The notes below the pieces were generated by a model. It saw nothing but the letters and a program-made list of their open reading frames with translations, was not told the DNA's origin and did no database searches. From sequence record NC_041911.1: 64,000 nucleotides of DNA; one strand, written 5' to 3'. Position numbers and translations under genes: made by a program. Shown piece after piece: positions 20,427 through 28,859 of this stretch (position 1 is the first letter of the stretch; each line of letters starts with the position of its first letter).

Positions 20427-20804
20427 GTGGCCACCACCTCCTCTACAACCACTGATGTGCAAGGGTATGACATCAATACTCTCCGCAACACAATTAACAG
20501 TGTGCGGGCTCGTATTGCTGCTGGTCAACCCATCAGTGCCAACCAAATCGCTGACCTTGCTTGGGTGTACAACACTTGGATTCAGCATACCCACAACTAC
20601 TACGACTATTACTGGATCGCTTACGGTAATACGTCTCCCTATGGCACCACTGCTGTATGGAAAACTTCTGGCAACGTTGGTGTAGGGTATTTCTCACCAC
20701 CTGGGGCTGGACAAACTGTTCAAGCTGCTCATGTGAATGGCTTAGCGGGTCTGGTCAATGCGATCCGATCCCATACCCACTATTCGCCGGACGGCAGTTA
20801 CTAA
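20427..20804 (+). CDS. Small protein with two GQ-x19-HTH modules (fibre-tip-like)
   Basis: AAAGGA RBS, GTG start; GQ...HTH at aa 33-56 and 95-118. Confidence 0.7.
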   Translation: MATTSSTTTDVQGYDINTLRNTINSVRARIAAGQPISANQIADLAWVYNTWIQHTHNYYDYYWIAYGNTSPYGTTAVWKTSGNVGVGYFSPPGAGQTVQAAHVNGLAGLVNAIRSHTHYSPDGSY

Positions 20805-20887
20805 ACATTCCGTTAGGTAAAAAAGCAAGTGCGTTTTTACCTATCATTCGATTTTTATAGTAATCCATTTCGAGGACGAATCCACCA

Positions 20888-21085
20888 ATGTCCAATTATC
20901 TCTCCACTGTAACAACGGCTGCGGCGCCAGCTAACACTGTGGGGCAAGGCCAAGCGGTACAACCAGCCACGATGAACCAAATGGCTGCTGTACTGGATTC
21001 ATTGCTGAGCCACACGCACGTCTTTTATGACAACTACGGCAGCAACTGCAATTGTAACTGCGCCTGCACCCGAGGATCTCTGTAA
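20888..21085 (+). CDS. 65-aa protein with a GQ-x19-HTH module and NCNCNCAC tail; candidate radical SAM substrate or precursor
   Basis: GAGG RBS; stop overlaps the next start (TAATG); Cys at 54, 56, 58, 60. Confidence 0.75.
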   Translation: MSNYLSTVTTAAAPANTVGQGQAVQPATMNQMAAVLDSLLSHTHVFYDNYGSNCNCNCACTRGSL

Positions 21086-21972
21086 TGAAAACTGTCTTTA
21101 TCAAAAGCGGCGGCTACTACGAAACGCCAGGTGTCGCTGTCTCCGGCGCTATCAACGACGCCTTCGACTTCAACGTGAGTCAGCATTGCCGTTCGAATGC
21201 GCTGTTCATGCTCGACTATGTCAGTCGCGAATACCGCCTCAGCCTTACCGTTGCCTCTGGTGACATGAAAGATGCGTTCGCGCGTCTCGACATGGATCTG
21301 ATCACCAAGGCCGCGGAAGAGCATGGCTTCTCTTATGTCGGCCTGGTGGCTGACGAAAAGGCGATGATGGCTCGCCCGGATGAATTCCTGCGCGACTTGT
21401 CCGTCGTGACCGTCTGCAAGGAAACCGGCAAGTTCCTCGATGCCAAGTCCGGCACCGCTCTGACCGGCAACAACATCACACCGGTGATCTACTGCGTGAA
21501 GATGGCTGACAGCACGTACGCCATGATCCTGAGCCAGATGGCCAACGTGATGCCGAGCATGGTCGACAATCCGAAGGTGGGTCGTGACGACATGAACGTC
21601 ATCGTGGTCAATGACGGCGATGCCATGCGTAGTCAGTTCGTGGACGTCAGCTTCCACGGCGCTACCAAGCATTTCCGCAACAACGACCTCGTTACTGGTT
21701 TCGCAGTGTTTGCTTGGCCGAATGCTCTGATTGAAGTTAATATCTTCAAGGACACGCCGCTCGCCGCTGAGTTCAAGAAGAACTTCGAACTGGAAGTCGA
21801 CAGCAGCTTTGATGCCAAGATCGTCGACGGCAAGGTCGTTATCCAGATGCCGCCTTCGTGTCGCACTGGCTATCTGTCGATCAAGCTGAAGACCACACCG
21901 CTGTACGAAGACGTCTCGTCGCGCGAGATCAAGGAAATGCTTTCGTTCGACTTCATCGTGACGGTTGTTTAA
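21085..21972 (+). CDS. Unknown protein translationally coupled to the Cys-rich peptide
   Basis: 295 aa, strong C-ending codon bias, TAATG overlap. Confidence 0.8.
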   Translation: MKTVFIKSGGYYETPGVAVSGAINDAFDFNVSQHCRSNALFMLDYVSREYRLSLTVASGDMKDAFARLDMDLITKAAEEHGFSYVGLVADEKAMMARPDEFLRDLSVVTVCKETGKFLDAKSGTALTGNNITPVIYCVKMADSTYAMILSQMANVMPSMVDNPKVGRDDMNVIVVNDGDAMRSQFVDVSFHGATKHFRNNDLVTGFAVFAWPNALIEVNIFKDTPLAAEFKKNFELEVDSSFDAKIVDGKVVIQMPPSCRTGYLSIKLKTTPLYEDVSSREIKEMLSFDFIVTVV

Positions 21973-21988
21973 CCACTCCTATTCGAAG

Positions 21989-22015
21989 CCGACAGATGAC
22001 TTGTTCATCTGTCGG
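21989..22015 (+). terminator. Terminator-like hairpin before the radical SAM genes
   Basis: 11-bp stem CCGACAGATGA/TCATCTGTCGG followed by TTTTATGC. Confidence 0.7.
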
Positions 22016-22041
22016 TTTTATGCTCCCATCAGGACACCATC

Positions 22042-23655
22042 ATGCAAGAACAAGTTATCAAAATCCATCGCAAGAAAGAACCCATCGACTTCAAGAAACC
22101 CGGGGAGCGTATCAAAACCATCGCCGAGGTCAAGGACATTCTGTTCGCTGAACTGAAAGTCCTGAACGTGATCCTGACCAACGCCTGCAATCTCTCGTGT
22201 AGCTACTGCTTCGAACAGCACAAACAGGACTACGGCAAGTTCACCCAAGAACAACTGAAGCAAGTGTATGACTTCCTGCTGAACGCCAACACTCAGCCGC
22301 ATCGCCACTTCCAGTTCTTTGGTGGTGAGCCGTTGGCGCAGAAGAAGAAGATCCTCGACTTCTGTCGCGACCACAAGGACGAACTCTCGGCCAACAAGGA
22401 GCAGGTGCGTGTGTCGATCGTGACCAACGCGCTGCTCCTGACACCGGAATTCATCGAGGAATACTGCAGCTACGATTTTACGTCGCTGGTCATTTCTTTG
22501 GACACGGATGATGCCGAGTCGAACCGTCGCGAACTGACGCAAGAGAACATCGACTACATCTTCGAGATGATCAAGCTGTTGCCTGACTCGATGATGCGCG
22601 ATGCTCACCACGTCTCGATTCGTTGCACCATCAACGAAGAGAGCGTACCGCACCTCGATCGCTTCATGGAGCGTCTGTATGCGTCCGGCGTGCGCAATTT
22701 CGTGATCCATCCGCTGATCCTCGCTAAGGATCAAGGCGCCATTGAATGGCAGCCGGGTATGTGGGAGCGGATGTACCATTCACTGCATCAAGCCATGCAT
22801 CGCTGGGACGACTTCAAGATCACCTGGGCCGAAGGCGTGGGTGTGAAAGGCGAGTCCAACTGCATGGTCGGTTCGGACATGATTGCGATGGACGCCTCGG
22901 GTGACTTCAGCGGTTGCTACTTCCTGACCAACCTGAAAGAAACCTACGGCAACACGATGCTCGGCAATCTGTTCCGCGACGAGATCTACATCGATCGTTA
23001 CGTCGAGTTCCAGCAAGCCTATGCCAAGTCGCTGGAACACGAACAGTGCCAGTCGTGCCACCTCAAGAACTTCTGCTACCAGTGCCCGGCTGGTAATGCA
23101 GCTACTGGTGGTTCGCTGTTCCGTCCGGACTCGATGTGCAAGCGCATTGTGGAACTGTTCCTCACTCTGCGTCAGGACTTCAACCGTAAGGCTTTGCTCC
23201 AACAGTTCAAGGAGCTGGAAGAAGCTGTTGTCCAGCAAGGTCCGATTGCTCAGTCTCGTGCAGTGCTGCATTGCATCTACCGCGAGTTCACTGGTGAGAT
23301 TCAGGACAACGCCATCATTGACGCTTATGAAGAACTGCCGGCACCGCACACGCTGCTCTTCATGTTCAAGCAAATGCTGGAAGGCGGTTTGACTAGCATT
23401 CCGCCGCTCGACGTGTGGGTGTCTGGACTACTGCGCCGCAACCCTCGTCCGGAGGAAAGCATCGATCCGTACGAGTTCTACCTGTTCTTGTGCAAGCTAC
23501 GTGGTATCCCGATCGATTTCAAATACACTCCGAATGGTTCTGTTCAAGAGCAGAACTACTTTATCACCCTGACTCACTTGCTGATTTTCGATGAAAGTCG
23601 TTATCTCAGCAAATACGATCCGGAACACAGCCGGTCTCGTATTCTCGACCTGTAA
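22042..23655 (+). CDS. Radical SAM/SPASM enzyme 1 with ~170-aa C-terminal extension
   Basis: CNLSCSYC, FFGGEP, IVTNA; SPASM: NCMVG..GDFSGCYF..LGNL..CQSC.....CYQCP..C. Confidence 0.93.
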   Translation: MQEQVIKIHRKKEPIDFKKPGERIKTIAEVKDILFAELKVLNVILTNACNLSCSYCFEQHKQDYGKFTQEQLKQVYDFLLNANTQPHRHFQFFGGEPLAQKKKILDFCRDHKDELSANKEQVRVSIVTNALLLTPEFIEEYCSYDFTSLVISLDTDDAESNRRELTQENIDYIFEMIKLLPDSMMRDAHHVSIRCTINEESVPHLDRFMERLYASGVRNFVIHPLILAKDQGAIEWQPGMWERMYHSLHQAMHRWDDFKITWAEGVGVKGESNCMVGSDMIAMDASGDFSGCYFLTNLKETYGNTMLGNLFRDEIYIDRYVEFQQAYAKSLEHEQCQSCHLKNFCYQCPAGNAATGGSLFRPDSMCKRIVELFLTLRQDFNRKALLQQFKELEEAVVQQGPIAQSRAVLHCIYREFTGEIQDNAIIDAYEELPAPHTLLFMFKQMLEGGLTSIPPLDVWVSGLLRRNPRPEESIDPYEFYLFLCKLRGIPIDFKYTPNGSVQEQNYFITLTHLLIFDESRYLSKYDPEHSRSRILDL

Positions 23656-23668
23656 GGTAACTTAACCC

Positions 23669-24751
23669 ATGAACTACGATAACATCCAGGACGTCTCGAT
23701 CTATGTGGGTCCTGCGTGCAACTTCAACTGCACGTATTGTGATCGCGCCTACGTAAACAACGTAGGTGTGGATTCTGCTGAATGCGATCCGGCCTTGGTC
23801 GACTTCGTAGTTGATGTGGTGCTGCACTCCGAGCGTCCGATGGTTTCCTTCCACGGTGGGGAACCATTTGTTTACATCAAGACCATGGAGAAGATCATCG
23901 AGGCCGTGCTCGAACGCGTACCAGATTTCAAGGAACGCGGCGCGATCTTCTTCATCCAGACCAATGGCTCGCTGATTACCCGTCAGCGAGCTTTCTTCGA
24001 GAAATACAAAGAGGTGCTCTACGTGAGCATCTCTTACGACTTCAAGTACCAGGGCGATAACCGCACTGCGTACGACATTGACTCAACCCTGCAACTCTTG
24101 AATGATCTGGGGATTGGGACGAACCTGCAATACGTGATTCCGACCTACGACAAGAACGCTTGCGATCACGCAGCGTACTCGGAAGTCATGCGGTTGTTCT
24201 CCAAGTTTAAGCTGGGGCAACTGAACCTGATCCTGTTGCGTCACATTCGGCAGGAAGATAAATTCGAAACAGTGATCGCGGATGAGAGCATCGACCTAAA
24301 GGGATTCTTCCTCGGCTTCATGCGCTTCGTCCAGTTGCTGTACGTCTCAGGTATCAATGTCCACATCGACGGTCATGCCAACAAGATCGATAAGAACTAT
24401 TACAACAACCATAAGCAAATGGTGCTCGCTCCAAATGGCCTGATCGTACCGGAGTACCAGTTCATCGAGTATGATGATTACGATTTCGCTATCGGTCGCT
24501 GGAAGCCTTACGTGGAGATCTCTCGTGATCAGATGCCGGAGAAGGCCGCCAAGAAGATTCGCAAAGAGTGCCAGACTTGTCCGATGGCGGACATCTGTGG
24601 TTTGCGTTATCACTACGCAATGTTCGATATGGACCCGCCAACTCCGCAACGGTGCAAGGAGTTCTACTCTCTGAACCTGATCGCGATCAAGCACCTGTAC
24701 AAACTGAAAGAGCAACCCACCCTTCTCCACCATCTGGGAGTTCAGCAATGA
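23669..24751 (+). CDS. Radical SAM enzyme 2 with partial SPASM domain
   Basis: CNFNCTYC, FHGGEP, IQTNG, ISYD; C-terminal CQTCPMADIC..C. Confidence 0.92.
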   Translation: MNYDNIQDVSIYVGPACNFNCTYCDRAYVNNVGVDSAECDPALVDFVVDVVLHSERPMVSFHGGEPFVYIKTMEKIIEAVLERVPDFKERGAIFFIQTNGSLITRQRAFFEKYKEVLYVSISYDFKYQGDNRTAYDIDSTLQLLNDLGIGTNLQYVIPTYDKNACDHAAYSEVMRLFSKFKLGQLNLILLRHIRQEDKFETVIADESIDLKGFFLGFMRFVQLLYVSGINVHIDGHANKIDKNYYNNHKQMVLAPNGLIVPEYQFIEYDDYDFAIGRWKPYVEISRDQMPEKAAKKIRKECQTCPMADICGLRYHYAMFDMDPPTPQRCKEFYSLNLIAIKHLYKLKEQPTLLHHLGVQQ

Positions 24752-25896
24752 GTCGCGCTATCACGATCGAGAATCCGAAAGAGCACTTCATCCGTTACGA
24801 CGGACTGCTCAACGTCCAGTATGACGTGACGTTTTCGATCTTCAAGAAGTACACCTGTCAAGCCGGGTGCAAGATCTGTTATATCAAGGATGACTTCCTG
24901 CCTAACGAGCAGTTCAAGAAGTATGTCCCGATAGCATCACACGTCAACACGCAGAGCTACGGCGACCGCCTGCTAGAATTCCTGTCATACTTTCAGATGG
25001 CAGCAATCATCGACGACCTGTACTTTGTGCGGGAAGAACATCCGGAGCTGTACAAGTTCTATCAGGAGTATAGCGAGGCCTTCTGGCTGAGTTCCATGAC
25101 GGACAACGCAGTGTTCCGTCACCTGCCGATTATTGAGGATGACCTTCGTGTCGTCGGTCTACGGGAGATCTCGCTCTCCGAGGAATTCTTGTATAAAGTC
25201 AACCAAACGAAGTTCTTTAACGCACTGGATAAAATTCAGAGGCGCGCTAAGATATTGAAAATAAAGGTAATACTGTCGGGTCTCCCTGGCATCGCGATTC
25301 GTGGCAACGATTTGATGCTCTGGTGTCAGAACAATCAAGTGCTCCTAGAGAAGCAATACGAGCACGGTGTTGAGCCGAATGGCCGCAGCTTCCTGTCTCA
25401 GTTGCCGAACACGCGTTACAGCGATCGCAGCCAGGAAACGCACTTCACTGAAGAGATCACCTACAGTGAGAATTCTGGTGAGATGCTGTACCCAATTCAC
25501 TCTGAGTCGATCTTCTTGCAGTACGATGACTTCTACTCGGAGCTGAAGTCTGCCACGCGTGAAGACCGCAGTGCGCCGTTTGCCAAGCTGGATGATTTTG
25601 TCCAGAGTCCGCAAGGCTTCTTGGCTAAGGTGCTGGAAGGTAAGCTGACGGATTACCGCAAGTATGCTTCGTGGATGCAGAACAAAGATCACGACTACTT
25701 CCGTTACTTTGACTATGTGGCGAATAACGTGGTAGTCAATCATGACTTCAACTTCATCCCGCGTATCGCTCTGCGGCCAGATAGCGTGTACTATCACAAG
25801 CTGATGGAACACACGAAGCTGGTGGATACCCAATACGGGCTCGTGGATTCTGCCGCGAGCAAGGTCGTTCCAATTTACTCTTTCAGAGAACAATGA
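24748..25896 (+). CDS. Divergent radical SAM-like protein 3 (no GGEP, no SPASM)
   Basis: CQAGCKIC motif near the N-terminus; ATGA overlaps at both ends; start reassigned to MSRAIT. Confidence 0.7.
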   Translation: MSRAITIENPKEHFIRYDGLLNVQYDVTFSIFKKYTCQAGCKICYIKDDFLPNEQFKKYVPIASHVNTQSYGDRLLEFLSYFQMAAIIDDLYFVREEHPELYKFYQEYSEAFWLSSMTDNAVFRHLPIIEDDLRVVGLREISLSEEFLYKVNQTKFFNALDKIQRRAKILKIKVILSGLPGIAIRGNDLMLWCQNNQVLLEKQYEHGVEPNGRSFLSQLPNTRYSDRSQETHFTEEITYSENSGEMLYPIHSESIFLQYDDFYSELKSATREDRSAPFAKLDDFVQSPQGFLAKVLEGKLTDYRKYASWMQNKDHDYFRYFDYVANNVVVNHDFNFIPRIALRPDSVYYHKLMEHTKLVDTQYGLVDSAASKVVPIYSFREQ

Positions 25897-27152
25897 GCAT
25901 AAGCACATTCCGAATCGAGAAGTCGGGTGAAGTGTTTGGTTACGACAACACACTGAACTCGATCCTCGATGCAAACAACCAGCCTGTGGGTCGAGCTTCG
26001 TCTCTCCTGGCTCAGGCTCCGTCGTTCGAGAAATCGAATACTCCTACCACCATCAAGGTACTGCTCGGGCACGCCTGTAACTACAGCTGCAGCTACTGCG
26101 TACAGAAGGACATCGGTAATCCGGCTGAACGTCCGAAGAACATCATGACCAAGGAGTTGATCAAGAAGATGCGCGCGCATCTCGATCTCTCCAACGTCAC
26201 GCGGATTGAACTGTGGGGCGGCGAGACGCTGCTCTACTGGCCGGATATCGTTGAGATCATCTCAGCACTGGATCGGGAAGGCATTACGTGGTACATCCCG
26301 ACCAACGGTACGATCCTGCGGATGAAGCACGCTGAGTTCTTCCGCCAGATGAAAGGCGAGATGACCATCGGCATCAGTCACGACGGTCCGGGTCACGTAT
26401 CGCTGCGTGGTCCGGAGTTCCTGCATCGCAAGATCGATGAGTTGGGTGCGCTGCAAGACGCCAAGGTACGGTTCAGCTTCAACGCTGTGATCAGTACCAC
26501 GAACTACGATCTGTTTGCCATCGATGACTACTTCCGCTTCTTCCTGCTCAAGGCAGACCTCGATCACGTAGGGCTGGGCTTCGAGCTGGGGCGGACGTAT
26601 GAGACGGGTGCTTGCGCTACCGAGTCGCACGTGATCACACTGGAGCAGATCCCGCACTATCGGTCGATTCTGAAAGCGTATCTCAAGCACCATCTCGATG
26701 CGTTCAAGAAAGGTCAAGCGCCGGAAGACATCGATGCCGATACTCGACTGTTCAACAGCCTGTTCCATTTCAGCAATGGTGTGATTCCGTACGCGAAGTC
26801 GCTAGTTCAGCAAAGCCCCATTCGCTATTACAGCAACTGCGGCACTGATGATCCGAACCTGATCACGCTGGACATGAATGGCGCTATCCGCGTTTGTCAG
26901 AACACGGACGAGAGCTACATCTACGGCAACGTTGCTAATATCGGCGCTGCTAAGATGCAGAAGGTCGATTACAGCAAGAACGACTTCTGCAAGGACTGCT
27001 CGGTTTTGCGGCTGTGCAATCGTAGCTGCCCGATCGAACTGCCATACGAAACCTTTTTGACCAACCACCATATCGAGAACGCTCACTACAGCGAGATACA
27101 ACTCTCGGCGTTTGAGTTGTTGTTCGATAGCCCTATCACCAAAGTGAACTGA
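25893..27152 (+). CDS. Radical SAM/SPASM enzyme 4
   Basis: CNYSCSYC, LWGGET, PTNG, ISHDG; SPASM: NCGT..GAIRVCQ..YGNV..CKDC.....CNRSCP. Confidence 0.93.
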   Translation: MSISTFRIEKSGEVFGYDNTLNSILDANNQPVGRASSLLAQAPSFEKSNTPTTIKVLLGHACNYSCSYCVQKDIGNPAERPKNIMTKELIKKMRAHLDLSNVTRIELWGGETLLYWPDIVEIISALDREGITWYIPTNGTILRMKHAEFFRQMKGEMTIGISHDGPGHVSLRGPEFLHRKIDELGALQDAKVRFSFNAVISTTNYDLFAIDDYFRFFLLKADLDHVGLGFELGRTYETGACATESHVITLEQIPHYRSILKAYLKHHLDAFKKGQAPEDIDADTRLFNSLFHFSNGVIPYAKSLVQQSPIRYYSNCGTDDPNLITLDMNGAIRVCQNTDESYIYGNVANIGAAKMQKVDYSKNDFCKDCSVLRLCNRSCPIELPYETFLTNHHIENAHYSEIQLSAFELLFDSPITKVN

Positions 27153-27160
27153 GAAAACTC

Positions 27161-27997
27161 ATGTCCGACATTCTTGACCGTTTTGTCCTGCCCGAAACTG
27201 CAGCCCAAGTTACCGAGCTGCGCGCCCAGCTGGACGCGATGAAGAACCATCGTGTCTTCGGTATGGTGAAAACCATCGACGACCTGCAAACCTTCATGTC
27301 GCTCCACGTCTACGCCGTGTGGGACTTCATGACGCTGGCCAAGCGCCTGCAGTGCGAGTACACCGGCATCAAGTTCCCGTGGGTGCCGCCGCGCCTCCCC
27401 AAGGTCGCCCGTCTGATCAACGAGATCATCCTGGCCGAAGAGTCCGACGACAACGGTGAGGGCGGTACTTGCAGCCACTTCGAACTGTACGCCATGGCCA
27501 TGCAAGAAATCGGTGACATCGACATGGAGTCGCTCGAAGCATTCGTAACGAACCTTCGTTACGGTATCCCGCCGGTGGAATCTGCTAACCGTGCACTGAT
27601 CAAGGCCGATCCGGAGTTCCGTGCGACTGTCACCAACTACATCGGCGATACTACTGCCGTGGCTCGCACTGGCCTGCCGGAAGAAGTGCTGGCCTACTTC
27701 GTCTTTGGTCGTGAAGATTCGATCCCGGCGATGTTCAGCAACCTGCTTGAGCAGATGGGTGATCTGGCTGCCAAAGCGACGACCTTCACGTACTACTTGA
27801 AGCGCCATATCCAACTCGACGGTGAAGACCACAGTGTCAAAGCTGCTGAGATGCTGTCGCTCGAACTGGAAGGCAATCCGATTCGCACGCGCACCGCACT
27901 GATCGCTGGTATCAATGCCGCCAAGTCCCGCATTGCTTTGTGGGATGCGATTGCTGCGAAGCTGGAAGCAACTCAAGCAGCGACGGCAACTGCCTAA
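27161..27997 (+). CDS. DUF3050 / heme-oxygenase-like diiron (HDO superfamily) protein
   Basis: FMSLHVYAVWDFM.L.K.LQ, RLINEIILAEESD, SHFELY..AM, FGREDSIP.MF, YYLKRHIQLDGEDH: DUF3050 signature with E/H diiron ligands. Confidence 0.85.
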   Translation: MSDILDRFVLPETAAQVTELRAQLDAMKNHRVFGMVKTIDDLQTFMSLHVYAVWDFMTLAKRLQCEYTGIKFPWVPPRLPKVARLINEIILAEESDDNGEGGTCSHFELYAMAMQEIGDIDMESLEAFVTNLRYGIPPVESANRALIKADPEFRATVTNYIGDTTAVARTGLPEEVLAYFVFGREDSIPAMFSNLLEQMGDLAAKATTFTYYLKRHIQLDGEDHSVKAAEMLSLELEGNPIRTRTALIAGINAAKSRIALWDAIAAKLEATQAATATA

Positions 27998-28018
27998 TCG
28001 ACTCACGACGGCATAAAG

Positions 28019-28047
28019 GAGAGTAGAGGCCAGACGGCCTCTACTCT
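28019..28047. terminator. Bidirectional terminator closing the radical SAM cluster; same 29 nt as 2225-2253
   Basis: GAGAGTAGAGGCCAGACGGCCTCTACTCT flanked by GGCATAAA and TTATGT. Confidence 0.85.
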
Positions 28048-28695
28048 TTATGTCGCTATTTTGTCATACTCCGCTAGGTCGATACGGAAGCCATCTTCCA
28101 ATGCGCCATAAGCAACGCGCATGAACAATTGGAAAGTGATGTGATCGAGCACTTCCACTTTGAACAACGGCTCGACTATCTTCTTGATGCGTTCCGGTAA
28201 GCGATAATCCATAACGTCTTCGAAAGCTGAGTTCAGAATGCGCCGGCGCACCGGATCAGCAAACTTCCGATAGCCATCAATCACCTTACAATAGCGGATG
28301 AAGGGCTGTACTACAGAAGGAGCCACCCGTCGGAAGAGATGTGTATTGTAGATCTCTTCAAAGTAGGAAAGTTCATTCTCCGTAAATAGCTGCCGGGGGA
28401 AGGTGATACGGCGCCAATACAGTAGGCACTTGTTGTGTCCCATGACATGGAAGTAGTGCGGCAGAATATCGTACGGGTCCCGGATGATCTGCTCAAAAGC
28501 TTCTTGCGGGATAATCGTGCAGAGTTCTGGAACGTCGTAGCTCTCCAACTCTGCTTCCGGTACAGCGATCAGCTTGTATCCATCCAAGCCAGAGAGAAAG
28601 AAGTCATGGTCATCAATCAAGACTGCTTCCACGAGTTCAGGGAGCTGCTTGAGATACTCCACAGCGATGGCGTTCAATTCTTCGATAGTTTTCAT
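28048..28695 (-). CDS. Hypothetical protein
   Basis: 215-aa ORF from MKTIEE; visibly more AT-rich than core genes. Confidence 0.6.
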   Translation of the reverse strand: MKTIEELNAIAVEYLKQLPELVEAVLIDDHDFFLSGLDGYKLIAVPEAELESYDVPELCTIIPQEAFEQIIRDPYDILPHYFHVMGHNKCLLYWRRITFPRQLFTENELSYFEEIYNTHLFRRVAPSVVQPFIRYCKVIDGYRKFADPVRRRILNSAFEDVMDYRLPERIKKIVEPLFKVEVLDHITFQLFMRVAYGALEDGFRIDLAEYDKIAT

Positions 28696-28794
28696 CTCAG
28701 TTCCCAATAATTCGACACAACAATCCATACAGTGGTGAAAAATAACCGTATAACCCCCATAGGAGCCCTTTAGAGGCCCTACAGCAGCATAACA

Positions 28795-28828
28795 CGAGTA
28801 AAGACAGGACTTTGCCTGTCTTTACTCG
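28795..28828. terminator. Terminator hairpin
   Basis: 14-bp stem CGAGTAAAGACAGG/CCTGTCTTTACTCG, followed by TTATGT. Confidence 0.75.
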
Positions 28829-28859
28829 CTTATGTCGTCTAAGAGCGTTTATGGCCGTT

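Noticed and set aside
24568-24747. Upstream extension of radical SAM 3
   Set aside because: Lies inside radical SAM 2; the ATGA overlap at 24748 with a GGGAG RBS is the better start.
22042-27152. Reading the radical SAM genes as NrdG/PFL activase, QueE, MoaA or viperin-type enzymes
   Set aside because: SPASM-type cysteine patterns, four tandem copies, no nrdD/que/moa partners in the window, and an adjacent Cys-rich peptide fit peptide or protein maturases better, although this is unproven.
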